A stretch of 64,000 nucleotides of DNA, taken from an uncultured Pirellulales bacterium (GTDB lineage Bacteria; Planctomycetota; Planctomycetia; Pirellulales; S012-138). The DNA is taken from positions 1,796 through 65,795 of the forward strand of contig CAZEEG010000010.1 of the NCBI GenBank assembly GCA_964511065.1, given 5' to 3'. Below the pieces are notes generated by a model, which worked only from the letters and a program-made list of their open reading frames with translations, was not told the DNA's origin and did no database searches. The position numbers and the translations under genes are program-made. Shown piece after piece: positions 25,872 to 35,429 of the stretch (position 1 is its first letter; the number at the start of each line of letters is the position of its first letter).

Positions 25872-28448
25872 ATGCTCGACTTTGAACAACTCGGCGCGTT
25901 CTACCTGGGCCGAGAATTCGATCTGTCTGCCCGACGGCTTCGCGACGAACTGCTGCTTTACGACTCCAAAGACCTCACCACGCATGCAGTATGCGTGGGC
26001 ATGACCGGTAGCGGCAAGACCGGGCTTTGCTTGGGCCTGTTGGAGGAAGCGGCCATCGACGGTGTTCCCGCCATCGCCATTGACCCCAAGGGCGATCTGG
26101 GCAACCTGTTGCTGACGTTTCCCGAGTTGAAGCCCGAGGATTTTCTGCCGTGGATCGACCCGGCAGCGGCAGCCCGGGAAGGAAAAACGCCCGAGGAGTT
26201 TGCCGCCGAAACGGCCAAGCGGTGGCGGCAAGGGTTGGCCCAGTGGGGGCAAGGACCGGAGCGGATTGCCCGCTTTCGGGAAGCGGCCGATATCGCCATC
26301 TACACGCCCGGCAGTAGCGCCGGCCTGCCGTTGACTCCGCTGCGCTCGTTCGACGCGCCGCCGGCCGCGGTTCGCGACGATGGCGACCTGCTCCGCGAGC
26401 GTGTTACCTCGGCCGTCTCTGGATTGCTGGGCCTGATCGGCGTGAATGCCGATCCGGTTCGCAGCCGCGAGCATATCCTGCTGGCCAATCTGCTCACCTT
26501 GGCCTGGCAGCAGGGGCAAGGACTCACCATTCCCGATCTCATTCGCCAGGTTCAGTCGCCGCCCATCGCCACCGTGGGCGTGGTCGATCTGGAAACATTC
26601 TTCCCCACCAGGCAGCGGGCGGAACTGGCGCTGGCCCTCAATAACCTGTTGGCTTCGCCAACGTTTGCCGGCTGGATGGAGGGGGAACCGTTGGACATTC
26701 AGCGGTTGCTGTATACCGATGCCGGCGGGCCACGGCTATCCATTGTCTCAATTGCTCACCTCTCCGACGCCGAGCGGATGTTCTTCGTCACGCTGCTGCT
26801 GGGCGAAGTCCTGGCTTGGGTGCGGGCGCAGGCGGGAACGTCCAGCCTGCGTGCCCTGCTGTACATGGACGAAATTCAGGGGTATTTTCCGCCCGTCGCA
26901 AATCCCCCTTCCAAGGCGCCGATGCTGACGTTGCTCAAGCAGGCCAGGGCGTTTGGGCTGGGGGTGGTGCTGGCAACGCAAAACCCCGTGGACCTGGATT
27001 ATAAAGGACTCTCCAACACCGGCACGTGGTTCATCGGTAGATTGCAGACCGAACGCGACAAGGCCCGCGTGCTTGAAGGGCTCGAAGGAGCCTCCGCACA
27101 AGCCGGTGCGGCGTTCGACCGCCAGCAAATGGAACAAACCCTGGCGGCATTGGGGCAGCGCGTGTTCCTGATGAACAACGTGCACGAAGATCGGCCGGTG
27201 ATCTTTCAAACCCGCTGGGCATTGTCGTACCTGCGCGGTCCGCTGACGCGCACGCAAATTCGCCAACTGACCGAGCAGCGCCTGGCAGCGAAGGGCCAAG
27301 GCGGCGAAGCCTCGGGAACGACCAGCGCCCCGTCGTCCCCGCCGCAAGTGGTCGGTTCTGCGACACCGGAAGACGTTCTGTTGCCCGACGATCTGTTCGC
27401 CGATGCGGCCGTGCCGGGAGACGCACCGCCCAAGGCACAAGCATCGCGCGGGCCTCTGCCCACTTCATCTCTGCCGGCGGCGCCGTCTGAAGTTTCGGCG
27501 GCTAGTTCGCCCTCTGGCATGCGGCCGATTCTGCCGGCAGAGGCGGGCGAGTGTTTCCTGGTAACAAAAACAGCGACGCCTGGCGAAACCGCCAGCTACC
27601 GGCCTGCGCTGCTGGCTCGTGCGCGGTTGCATTTCGTGCAAAGTCGCAGCCAGGTCGACCACTGGGAGGAGCTAGCACTGCTGTGTCCTTTGACCAGCGA
27701 CGATTTGCCCAATCCGCTGTGGAACCATGCTCAACTGATTGAGCCCGGCAAGCTGCATACCGTCGATGAGCCCGTCAAGGGAGCCACCTTTGCGGCCCCG
27801 CCGGCAGAAGTGCTGCGAGCCAAGAGCTACAGCGGCTTCGCAACCAAGTTAAAGGACTATCTCTATCGAAACCGCACGCTGACGTTACACCGCTCACCCG
27901 AACTCAAAATGGTTTCTCGGCCGGGTGAGAGTGAGCGCGATTTTCGTGCCCGGGCGGCACAGGTGGCCCGAGAGCATCGCGATGAAGCCAAGGAACACTT
28001 GCAATCGCGGTATGCCTCGAAGCTTGATACTTTGCAGCGGAAGATTCACACGGCTGAAGCCCGCGTCGCCCGGGAGAAAAGCGAACTGCAGCAGGCATCG
28101 CTGGCGACGACGGTTTCGTTGGGAGAATCCATCTTCGGGAGCTTGTTTGGCCGCAAGCTATTGAGCCGGACCAATGTCAGCCGGGCGTCGCGGACGGTGC
28201 GCGGCTTGGGGCGGGCACGCCAGCAACAAGCCGATGTCGCCCAAGCCGAAGCGGCACTCGCGCGGCTGCTCGAGGAGCGGGCCGAGCTGGGGCGGGAGTT
28301 GGAACAGGAACTGGCGAAGATCGCTCACGATTTCCACCCCGACCGCTTGAAGCTGGAACCCGTGGTGATTCGCCCTCGCAAGTCGGACATCCAGGCGGAA
28401 CCGGTCCGACTGGTATGGATTCCGGTTTCCACTTCTGGCATGCCATGA
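25872..28448 (+). CDS. HerA/DUF853(YjgR)-like P-loop NTPase with long C-terminal low-complexity and coiled-coil extension
   Basis: Walker A is VGMTGSGKTG, followed by IAIDPKGDL as in YjgR/HerA-type ATPases. The Walker B-like stretch is ALLYMDEIQ. The C-terminal ~350 aa contains a Pro/Ser/Ala-rich stretch and heptad-like helices. Confidence 0.7.
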   Translation: MLDFEQLGAFYLGREFDLSARRLRDELLLYDSKDLTTHAVCVGMTGSGKTGLCLGLLEEAAIDGVPAIAIDPKGDLGNLLLTFPELKPEDFLPWIDPAAAAREGKTPEEFAAETAKRWRQGLAQWGQGPERIARFREAADIAIYTPGSSAGLPLTPLRSFDAPPAAVRDDGDLLRERVTSAVSGLLGLIGVNADPVRSREHILLANLLTLAWQQGQGLTIPDLIRQVQSPPIATVGVVDLETFFPTRQRAELALALNNLLASPTFAGWMEGEPLDIQRLLYTDAGGPRLSIVSIAHLSDAERMFFVTLLLGEVLAWVRAQAGTSSLRALLYMDEIQGYFPPVANPPSKAPMLTLLKQARAFGLGVVLATQNPVDLDYKGLSNTGTWFIGRLQTERDKARVLEGLEGASAQAGAAFDRQQMEQTLAALGQRVFLMNNVHEDRPVIFQTRWALSYLRGPLTRTQIRQLTEQRLAAKGQGGEASGTTSAPSSPPQVVGSATPEDVLLPDDLFADAAVPGDAPPKAQASRGPLPTSSLPAAPSEVSAASSPSGMRPILPAEAGECFLVTKTATPGETASYRPALLARARLHFVQSRSQVDHWEELALLCPLTSDDLPNPLWNHAQLIEPGKLHTVDEPVKGATFAAPPAEVLRAKSYSGFATKLKDYLYRNRTLTLHRSPELKMVSRPGESERDFRARAAQVAREHRDEAKEHLQSRYASKLDTLQRKIHTAEARVAREKSELQQASLATTVSLGESIFGSLFGRKLLSRTNVSRASRTVRGLGRARQQQADVAQAEAALARLLEERAELGRELEQELAKIAHDFHPDRLKLEPVVIRPRKSDIQAEPVRLVWIPVSTSGMP

Positions 28449-28477
28449 GCCGTGGCGGTTGCGCCGCGGCCACGCGG

Positions 28478-28509
28478 CCCGGCGGGGCCGATGCTGCTCG
28501 GCCGCCGGG
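28478..28509. terminator. hairpin in the convergent gap between the NTPase and GNAT genes
   Basis: The arms CCCGGCGG and CCGCCGGG form an 8-bp stem with a 16-nt loop. There is no clear U-tract. Confidence 0.3.
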
Positions 28510-28529
28510 GATATCTTTCAGCCAACTGG

Positions 28530-29672
28530 CTATTCAACCGGGGGATCGGGCGGCGGATAATCGTACATCCGGTAGCGCTTGACGAGATTGGCACCGCCTT
28601 TTTCCAGGCCCAACCGGGCCATGTCGTTGGTTTCCGAGATCCACGAGAACTCGGCCTCAACCAATCCCAAGGCCAGGCCCTTGGGGATCAAACCGGCCAT
28701 CAGCACCAGGCCGATGCCCCACCGCTGGAACTCCGGTACCACGTCGATGCTGATGATCCGAATGCGGCGCAAGTTTCGCCGGGCCTTGAGCAGCTTGAAC
28801 ACGCCGAACGGGAACAACCGGCCGTTGATCTGCTTGATGACCGGGTTGAAGTCCGGCAGGCCGAGGATGCAGCCCACGGTCTTGCCTTCCACCTCGGCGG
28901 CCAGCGCCATTTCCGGCAACACCAGGTGCTTGAGATTTTTGGCCGTGACTTTCAGTTCGTCCGCGGTAAAGGGCACAAAGCCCCACATGCCGATACAGGC
29001 ACGGTTGTAGGTTTCCAGGAACAACTCCACTTCCTGCATGAACCGTGAATGGTCCATCTCGCGGAGCGAAACGCCCGTCCGATCCACGATCTGGTGGAAC
29101 AAGGGTTCCAGCCGCTCGCGGACCTCGGGCAGTTGGTCCAGTTGGCCCATGTAGGCCAACAGGTCGTGCGTTTTACGGAAACCGTATTCTTCGATCAGCC
29201 GCTCATAGTAGGGCGGATTGTAGGTCATCATGAAGGTGGGCGAACTGTCGAAGCCTTCGATCAGCAGGCCGCATTCATAATTCATCGACGGATTGGCCGG
29301 GCCGCGAATCTCCTGCACATTCCGCTCGGCAAGCCAGGCCCGGGCGGCATCGAACAGGGCATTGGCCGCTTCCTGGTCGTCGCGGCATTCGAAGAAGCCG
29401 AAGAAACCGCGGTTTTCCTTGTGCACGCGGTTGTGTTCGTGGTTGAGGATGGCAGCGACGCGGCCACATACGGTGCTTCCTCGCCGAGCCACGAAGGTTT
29501 GGATTTCTGCGATCTTTTGAAAGGGGTGGTATTTCCACCCCAGCAACTGCTTCTGGTTCCGCTGCAAGGGGGGAATCCAATAAGGATCGTCCCGATACAA
29601 ATCCCACGGAAAGTTGAAGAAGTCTTTGCGATCGTGGCCGGACTTCACCGGCGATACCACCACGTCAGCCAT
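28530..29672 (-). CDS. GNAT-superfamily N-acetyltransferase-like protein (long ~380-aa form)
   Basis: From MADVVVSP: FFNFPWDLYRDDPYWIPPL...GFFGFFEC.DD...A...WL...RGP.NPSMNYECGLLIEGFDSSPTFMMTYNPPYY. I recognise this pattern as a widespread family annotated as N-acetyltransferase. Confidence 0.55.
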   Translation of the reverse strand: MADVVVSPVKSGHDRKDFFNFPWDLYRDDPYWIPPLQRNQKQLLGWKYHPFQKIAEIQTFVARRGSTVCGRVAAILNHEHNRVHKENRGFFGFFECRDDQEAANALFDAARAWLAERNVQEIRGPANPSMNYECGLLIEGFDSSPTFMMTYNPPYYERLIEEYGFRKTHDLLAYMGQLDQLPEVRERLEPLFHQIVDRTGVSLREMDHSRFMQEVELFLETYNRACIGMWGFVPFTADELKVTAKNLKHLVLPEMALAAEVEGKTVGCILGLPDFNPVIKQINGRLFPFGVFKLLKARRNLRRIRIISIDVVPEFQRWGIGLVLMAGLIPKGLALGLVEAEFSWISETNDMARLGLEKGGANLVKRYRMYDYPPPDPPVE

Positions 29673-29991
29673 CGGAATGATCCAAACGTCTGTTGAGACG
29701 AGGAAAAACAAGTAATGTAGGTGCGGGCCGGACCGGGGGTCAACACGCCCTTTGGGGAGCGGCAAGCAGCAGCAGGCGCTGCTCGCCGCTGGAACCTGGT
29801 GCATTGTTTACGGGCGGGCAACTTATGCCGCCGCCCCTGAAACCATTTTTGGGGGGGCAGCAGTGCATGCCTTCCCAAACAAAAGCCGCCAACCCCCGAT
29901 CGGCGCACGGGGGCCGGCGGCTTGATGGTCATTGCCCGATTCTCGGCGGATGGAGCAGCCAGGAATCCTAGCGGGCGGTGCAGATTCGACC

Positions 29992-30408
29992 CTATTCCGC
30001 CATGGACGCATCGTCCGCTTCCGCGGCCAGGTCCTCAGCAGGATTGGCACCGCTGGCCGGTGCATCCGCGGCGGCCAACGCATCGGCGGCCACCATTTCC
30101 GCTTCTCCCTTGCGGTAGCCAAGATCGCGAATCACTTCGAGAATCTCGCTACAGGTAGGGAACATGCGTCCGCTGCGGCGCTTGTAGGCGTCCAGCGCGT
30201 TCATGAATTCGATTTCGTCGTTGGTGTAATCGCGCTCGCAGGTCGTGGGGTCGATCTGCCGGCGGCGTTGCACCTTGCGGCGCTCGGTCTGGCGGCGTTC
30301 GACAGCGACCGGCTCATCCTTTTTCCGGCGATCCGTTTCTTTGCGGCGGTCCTTCGCTCCTCGACGGTCGACCGTGATGGCTTCGTTCGACACTTTGCTC
30401 TTCGTCAC
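29992..30408 (-). CDS. hypothetical protein with N-terminal (D/E)RR-repeat basic region and conserved-looking C-terminal domain
   Basis: 138 aa. The N-terminal part is [39 protein letters not shown], followed by [43 protein letters not shown]. Codon bias is coding-like. Confidence 0.55.
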   Translation of the reverse strand: MTKSKVSNEAITVDRRGAKDRRKETDRRKKDEPVAVERRQTERRKVQRRRQIDPTTCERDYTNDEIEFMNALDAYKRRSGRMFPTCSEILEVIRDLGYRKGEAEMVAADALAAADAPASGANPAEDLAAEADDASMAE

Positions 30409-31202
30409 GGAGCGGTTCTCCCCTTCATGGCTTGCGGTCTGTACGTCAGACCAGGTGATGTTGGTAATGCCTGTTGCTTGCTCGACTCGGCCACATCCCG
30501 ATGGCCGAAGCAGTTGTTGGGCAGTACGAGTACGCCGGGGGCTTTCAAGGAGGCAGGTGCTAAGTGTGCCCGGCGATTAGGGAGATCGACGCGGCAGGGT
30601 GTTAAAGTTTACCGGTCAGGAAAACGGTACGGTTTTGCTCGATGGTGCAAAGAGTTCCGATCTGCAAAAGTTTCCGCTTGTGGCAAGCCCTGCCGAAAGC
30701 GTCTGGCAAACATAGCTCGCGAAGAGGGGCCGTGTACGGCTGCCGCCACAGAAACACCGCGCTTACGAAAGAAAGGAAACCTGGAACACTCCGGTTGCAC
30801 CGCCTGAGCGTCCAAGTCCAACCGTGCCGACATTGTCGAACACGTTGCTTACGTCATCGAAGACCGTGCCGCGAAGCCCCACCAGCCTGATCGGACCGGA
30901 GTGCCACGCTTCCGTTTGCCGCACCAGAGACGTTCTTTCTGCGGCTCGGCGTGTGGAACGCCAGACACGCATCGCGCAACGATCCCTGCATTTGCGCTGA
31001 TCCGTACCAGTAGGTAAGAATCCGGCGCTGGTTCGGCTCGCACCGCGCCAGCCCCTCCAGTGGAATGCCAAACGCCCTCAGTAGCCGAGTGATTTCTGGC
31101 GACTGAGGGCGTCGTGGATGGGGGCTGTCGTGGATGGGGCTTATGCCGGTTACAGCGATGATCGGCGTGGATGGCCAACCAGCGACCGTACGGCACCTGG
31201 CG

Positions 31203-31883
31203 TCAATCGCGGTTGCTGCCTCCAAAACGGAGCACGTAGTACAGCAGGATCATCACCGCCTGCAGCGTGGCGGCGACGTAGGTCCAAGCGGCCGCGTTGA
31301 GCACACGGTTCACGGGTTCCATTTCGTATTGGCCCACAATCCCGTGACCGACCAGGAGTTTCTTGGCGCGGTTACTGGCGTCGAACTCCACCGGCAGATT
31401 GATCAACTGGAAGAACACAACCGCGGCGAAGGCAATGATGCCCACCCAAACCAGCGGTTGTAAGTTCATGATCGCGCCAAAGATGATCATCATGATTCCT
31501 AACCCGCTGCCGAAGTTGGCCACAGGCACGGCCGCGTTCCGAATCACCAATGGGGCATAGCGCTCGGCATCCTGCAGGGCATGGCCAGCTTCGTGCGCGG
31601 CGATTCCCACCGCCGCCATCGAGCGGCCGTTATAGACTTCAGGGCTGAGTCGCAGCACTTTGTGTTGGGGATCGTAGTGGTCGGAAAGGTGGCCGGGCGT
31701 CTGCTCAATCGCCACGTCGTACAAGTGGGCGGAATCGAGAATCTTGCGCGCAGCCTGGGCGCCGCTCTGCCCGGCAGGCTCCTGCGAAGCTTGGGCATAT
31801 GCCGACTTTACGCGGTATTGAGCCCACAACGCCAATAGCAGCGCGGGAGCAATTGCCACGAAATACCAAGGATCGAAAATCAT
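31203..31883 (-). CDS. membrane zinc metallopeptidase, YugP/Zn_peptidase_2 family
   Basis: The N-terminus MIFDPWYFVAIAPALLLALWAQYRVKSAY is typical of YugP. The HEAGHALQ zinc motif is present, and there are C-terminal TM segments. Confidence 0.85.
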   Translation of the reverse strand: MIFDPWYFVAIAPALLLALWAQYRVKSAYAQASQEPAGQSGAQAARKILDSAHLYDVAIEQTPGHLSDHYDPQHKVLRLSPEVYNGRSMAAVGIAAHEAGHALQDAERYAPLVIRNAAVPVANFGSGLGIMMIIFGAIMNLQPLVWVGIIAFAAVVFFQLINLPVEFDASNRAKKLLVGHGIVGQYEMEPVNRVLNAAAWTYVAATLQAVMILLYYVLRFGGSNRD

Positions 31884-32289
31884 AGTCCTTCCTGTCAGAG
31901 GCGTCGTGCCAAGGGAATGTCGTTACTTAGCAATAGCTAAAGGGCCAGTCTTTGGGGGGCGTCCGGTTCCAGCCATCCGGGAGCCCCCTGGTTGGCGGTT
32001 TCCGGCAGGCAGCCAGCTTTTGTGCCGCCGAATCTTGTCCACCGGCGATTGTCACTCGCAGGGCCGGCCAATTTGGCAGACGTTTCGCGCCAATCTCGAT
32101 GGATCGCAAATTGTGTTCCAATTCCCAGTGAAAGCAATATCGGTTTTGTCGCTATTGGTACGAACGGGCGGTGGCCGCGGTTCGGTCAAATCCGCGGCAG
32201 ATCCCGCCGAACTTTAGTGTCCAAGTGGCGACCTTGAAACCCGTTACGATCTGAGCCAGCGAGGCCGCTACACACTGCGTCGTGGGGGG

Positions 32290-33642
32290 TTACTCGCACT
32301 CTGAGAGGGCGCAACTCAGGATGTCTACCGCCGTCTTGGCTTGTTCCTCGCGGACCACCAGCGGGGGGCAGAGCCGGACGCTGCTGGTTCCACAAGGCAG
32401 CAGCAACAATCCCTTCTGGAAGCAGCATTGGATCAGGCGATCGCGCTGCTCGACGGCGGGTTCCTTCGTATGGCGGTCCTTCACCAGTTCGATCGCCAGC
32501 ATGAGGCCGCGCCCTCGAACGTCGCCGACCTGGGGGTGCATATCCGCCAGCGGCCCTAGCCGCTCCAGCAGAAACTCGCCGACCTCGACCGTATGCGCCA
32601 GCAATCCCTCCTCAAGCAGGGCAATGGTTTCCAGCGCGGCCGCGCACGAAACCGGGTTGCCGCCGAAGGTGCTGGCGTGCGCGCCCGGCGGCCAGTTCAT
32701 GATGGATGCATCGGCCACGATCGCTCCCAGCGGCATTCCCGATGCGATGCCCTTGGCCATGCAAATGATGTCGGGCACCACCTCCCAATGCTCCAGGGCG
32801 AACATCTTGCCGGTGCGGCCCATGCCGGTTTGGACTTCGTCGGCCACGAACAGGATGCCGTACCGCTGGGCCAATTCTTTCAGTTCGCGATGGAAGTTAA
32901 GTGGCGGCACGATGTATCCGCCTTCACCCTGAATCGGTTCCACCACGATCGCCGCCACTTCTTCCGGCGGCACAAATTGTTTGAACAGCACCTCCTCGAG
33001 GTATCGGGCCGGCGCTTCGCCAACGTCGCCAAAGCGAGCATCGTATTGCGGCCGGTACGGATTGGCGTAGCCCACATGGAATACATCGGACAACAATGGC
33101 CCAAATCCGGAGCGTTGCACGCTCTTGCTGGCCGTTAGCGATAGCGCCCCCAGCGTGCGTCCGTGGAAGGCTCCGTGAAATGCAATCAGTTTGCTGCGGC
33201 CCGTGTGGAACCGGGCCAACTTGATGGCCGCTTCGACAGCTTCAGCTCCCGAGTTCGTAAACAGCACCTTGCGGTCGCCATCGCCCGGGGCAATCTGGGC
33301 GAGTTTCTCGGCCAAGTCGGCCTGGGGCTGGTAATAAAAGTCGGTGCCCGACATGTGAATCAACTGCCGCGCTTGCCGCTCGATGGCGGCCACCACACGA
33401 GGATGTGAATGGCCGGTGGTGCAAACCGCAATGCCAGCGGTGAAGTCGAGGAAGCGGTTGCTGTCCAGGTCTTCCAGCACCACACCGGCACCGCGAGCGG
33501 CGGCCAATGGATACATGCGGGTATACGAAGGCGAGGTAAAACGCGTGTCGCGCTCGATCAGGGCCTTGGTCTTGGGGCCGGGCAACGGAGGGTGGATCTC
33601 CGGCGCGTTCAGTGCGTCCAGCGATTCATTCCAATTTCCCAT
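32290..33642 (-). CDS. class-III PLP-dependent aminotransferase (GabT/4-aminobutyrate or related omega-aminotransferase)
   Basis: Motifs are FLDFTAGIAVCTTGHSHPRVV, FVADEVQTGMGRTGKMFA and STFGGNPV. The protein is 450 aa. Confidence 0.85.
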   Translation of the reverse strand: MGNWNESLDALNAPEIHPPLPGPKTKALIERDTRFTSPSYTRMYPLAAARGAGVVLEDLDSNRFLDFTAGIAVCTTGHSHPRVVAAIERQARQLIHMSGTDFYYQPQADLAEKLAQIAPGDGDRKVLFTNSGAEAVEAAIKLARFHTGRSKLIAFHGAFHGRTLGALSLTASKSVQRSGFGPLLSDVFHVGYANPYRPQYDARFGDVGEAPARYLEEVLFKQFVPPEEVAAIVVEPIQGEGGYIVPPLNFHRELKELAQRYGILFVADEVQTGMGRTGKMFALEHWEVVPDIICMAKGIASGMPLGAIVADASIMNWPPGAHASTFGGNPVSCAAALETIALLEEGLLAHTVEVGEFLLERLGPLADMHPQVGDVRGRGLMLAIELVKDRHTKEPAVEQRDRLIQCCFQKGLLLLPCGTSSVRLCPPLVVREEQAKTAVDILSCALSECE

Positions 33643-34193
33643 ATCGGCCTCCGTTATGTAGGGTGATTTCGGCCGCTGTTCGGCCGCCGCGGCGGTTCAT
33701 CGCTCCACATGCTGCCACCGGTATGCGATATGCCAATGGCTTGATGCGAAGGGGCGGTTGTCCGGCAAATCCCGGCGGTGCCATTTGCCGACTCGCCGGA
33801 AATGAAAGCTACAAGCAAGCTGGATGCCGCAACCTCGGCATGACAGTTGTGGCGGGCGCAGTGGTTGCCATTGGTGCGATTCCAGGAGAATTCTACGGTC
33901 CCAGTCCCGCAGGAGAAGGGTGCGCCAGGCCGTACCGGCCCGGTGCGCGAGGTGCTATTCCAAGTGCCCCCCATCAATCTGCCCCCCGCGGGCGCAGCCT
34001 GTTGCCAGCATCGCCCATATAGTTACATAGTTGGCTCTTGGGAGGAGTAGAACCCCCGGCCACTTCCGCAAGACAGCGGCCGAGCGCCCAGGGGGCGGTG
34101 AAGGACCGCGGCTGCCGTGCGGCAGTGGTTTTGCCAACCAAGTGTGGGAAGCCGGTTTCATCGTTGCCGTTCAAGCGTTAGGAGGTCACCGTC

Positions 34194-35162
34194 ATGTCGA
34201 ACGATTCCTCGTCCATTTCGACGCCTCACGCGGACATTGGTGGCCAAAACGCCCAGCAACGGTTCGCCTTGGACCTGTTTGATCGCTTGTGGCAGCGTTA
34301 CCGGGAACGGGTCAGCCACGTGCGCAGCTATGAGCAGGTGGTGGCCGATCACGGCGGCACGTTTGTCAACGACCACATTGCCTTCCGCACGTTTGCCTGC
34401 CAACGGCCCATGGTCGGCATCAGCAGCGTATCGAGGCTGTTTGAAGCTCTGGGATATCGGGCGGCCGGGTGTTATTTCTTCGCTGACAAGCAGCTTTCGG
34501 CGCTGCACTTTCAGCACCCTCATCCGCAGTTCCCCAAGCTGTTCATCTCGGAGTTATGGACTTGGGAATTACCGGAGACCGTGCGCGCCACGATTGAATC
34601 CATCGTGGCCCGGCATCGCGACCCGATCGAGAGTGCCGTGCTGGCGGCGCTGGCCGGCATGGCGGAAAACGAGCCGAGCGAGGCTCAATACGAAGCGCTG
34701 CTGGACCAGGCGCTGGACTGGATCGAACAACTCCCCTGGACTCCGCCTGAGAAGCGCGAGGTCGAACTGGTCAACCAGGAAAGCCAGTATGCAGCTTGGG
34801 TGCTGGTGCATGGCTACAACGTGAACCACTTCACGTCGCTGATCAACAGCCACGGCGTCGAGAGCCTGGACGACATTGAAAAGACCGTGGCCGCGCTGAA
34901 GGCGGCCGGCGTGCCGATGAAGGACCAGATCGAAGGCGAGCGCGGCACGAAGCTGCGTCAAACGGCAACGGCCGCGGCGGTGATCGATGTCAACGTGCTC
35001 GATGCCGGGCAGGCGACCACCATGCCCTGGACGTACGCCTATTTTGAACTGGCCGAGCGCGGGATTGTGCGCGACCCCGAAACCGGCCAGGAAACCCGCT
35101 TTGAAGGGTTCTTGGGACCGCAGGCAACACAACTCTTTGAAATGACACGGCTAGCCAGGTAG
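34194..35162 (+). CDS. DUF1338-family (VOC-fold, HglS/YdcJ-related) metalloenzyme, short form
   Basis: AGGAGG lies 8 nt before the ATG. Motifs are FVNDHIAFRTF, QYAAWVLVHGYNVNHFT and YAYFELAERG...FEGFLGPQATQLFEMT. Confidence 0.7.
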   Translation: MSNDSSSISTPHADIGGQNAQQRFALDLFDRLWQRYRERVSHVRSYEQVVADHGGTFVNDHIAFRTFACQRPMVGISSVSRLFEALGYRAAGCYFFADKQLSALHFQHPHPQFPKLFISELWTWELPETVRATIESIVARHRDPIESAVLAALAGMAENEPSEAQYEALLDQALDWIEQLPWTPPEKREVELVNQESQYAAWVLVHGYNVNHFTSLINSHGVESLDDIEKTVAALKAAGVPMKDQIEGERGTKLRQTATAAAVIDVNVLDAGQATTMPWTYAYFELAERGIVRDPETGQETRFEGFLGPQATQLFEMTRLAR

Positions 35163-35315
35163 GCCAGGTGGCGTGCAGCAGCCATTTGCCCTTTGATTGC
35201 GTTCGTGCTCAGCCGTAGGCCGGGTGCTCGGCACCCGGCAAGTATCGGGTTTCTCGTCCGCGTGCGGAACCCGAGCCCCCGGTCTGCGCGAGCTAAAGGC
35301 AGCCAGCAACATAAA

Positions 35316-35349
35316 AGCCGGCGGCGCGGGGATCCGCATTCCGCCGGCT
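35316..35349 (-). terminator. Rho-independent terminator of pilT (bidirectional appearance)
   Basis: The perfect 9-bp stem AGCCGGCGG / CCGCCGGCT has a 16-nt loop and is followed on the minus strand by TTTTAT. It lies 80 nt after the stop at 35430. A second hairpin, GCCGGGTGC-TCG-GCACCCGGC at 35219-35239, follows the DUF1338 gene. Confidence 0.6.
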
Positions 35350-35429
35350 TGATTGGTCTGGGCTGCCAGATGGTGGCCTACAAGCAACCATCTTACAACC
35401 GGGTAGCCGTGTGACCGTTCGGCAGCCTG

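Noticed and set aside
30409-31202. I considered this region as a mobile-element remnant because it is ORF-poor and contains a short tandem duplication.
   Set aside because: There are no transposase or integrase motifs in any frame. There are no terminal inverted repeats or target-site duplications that I could find. There is no flanking tRNA.
33643-34193. I considered a riboswitch (lysine, glycine, cobalamin or TPP) in the long leader before the DUF1338 gene.
   Set aside because: None of the conserved cores I know by heart are present. I checked the lysine GAGGCGC/L-box helices, the glycine GGAGAG...CACCG motif, the B12 box GCCACTG and the TPP CTGAGA motif. The region is left as an unclassified structured spacer.
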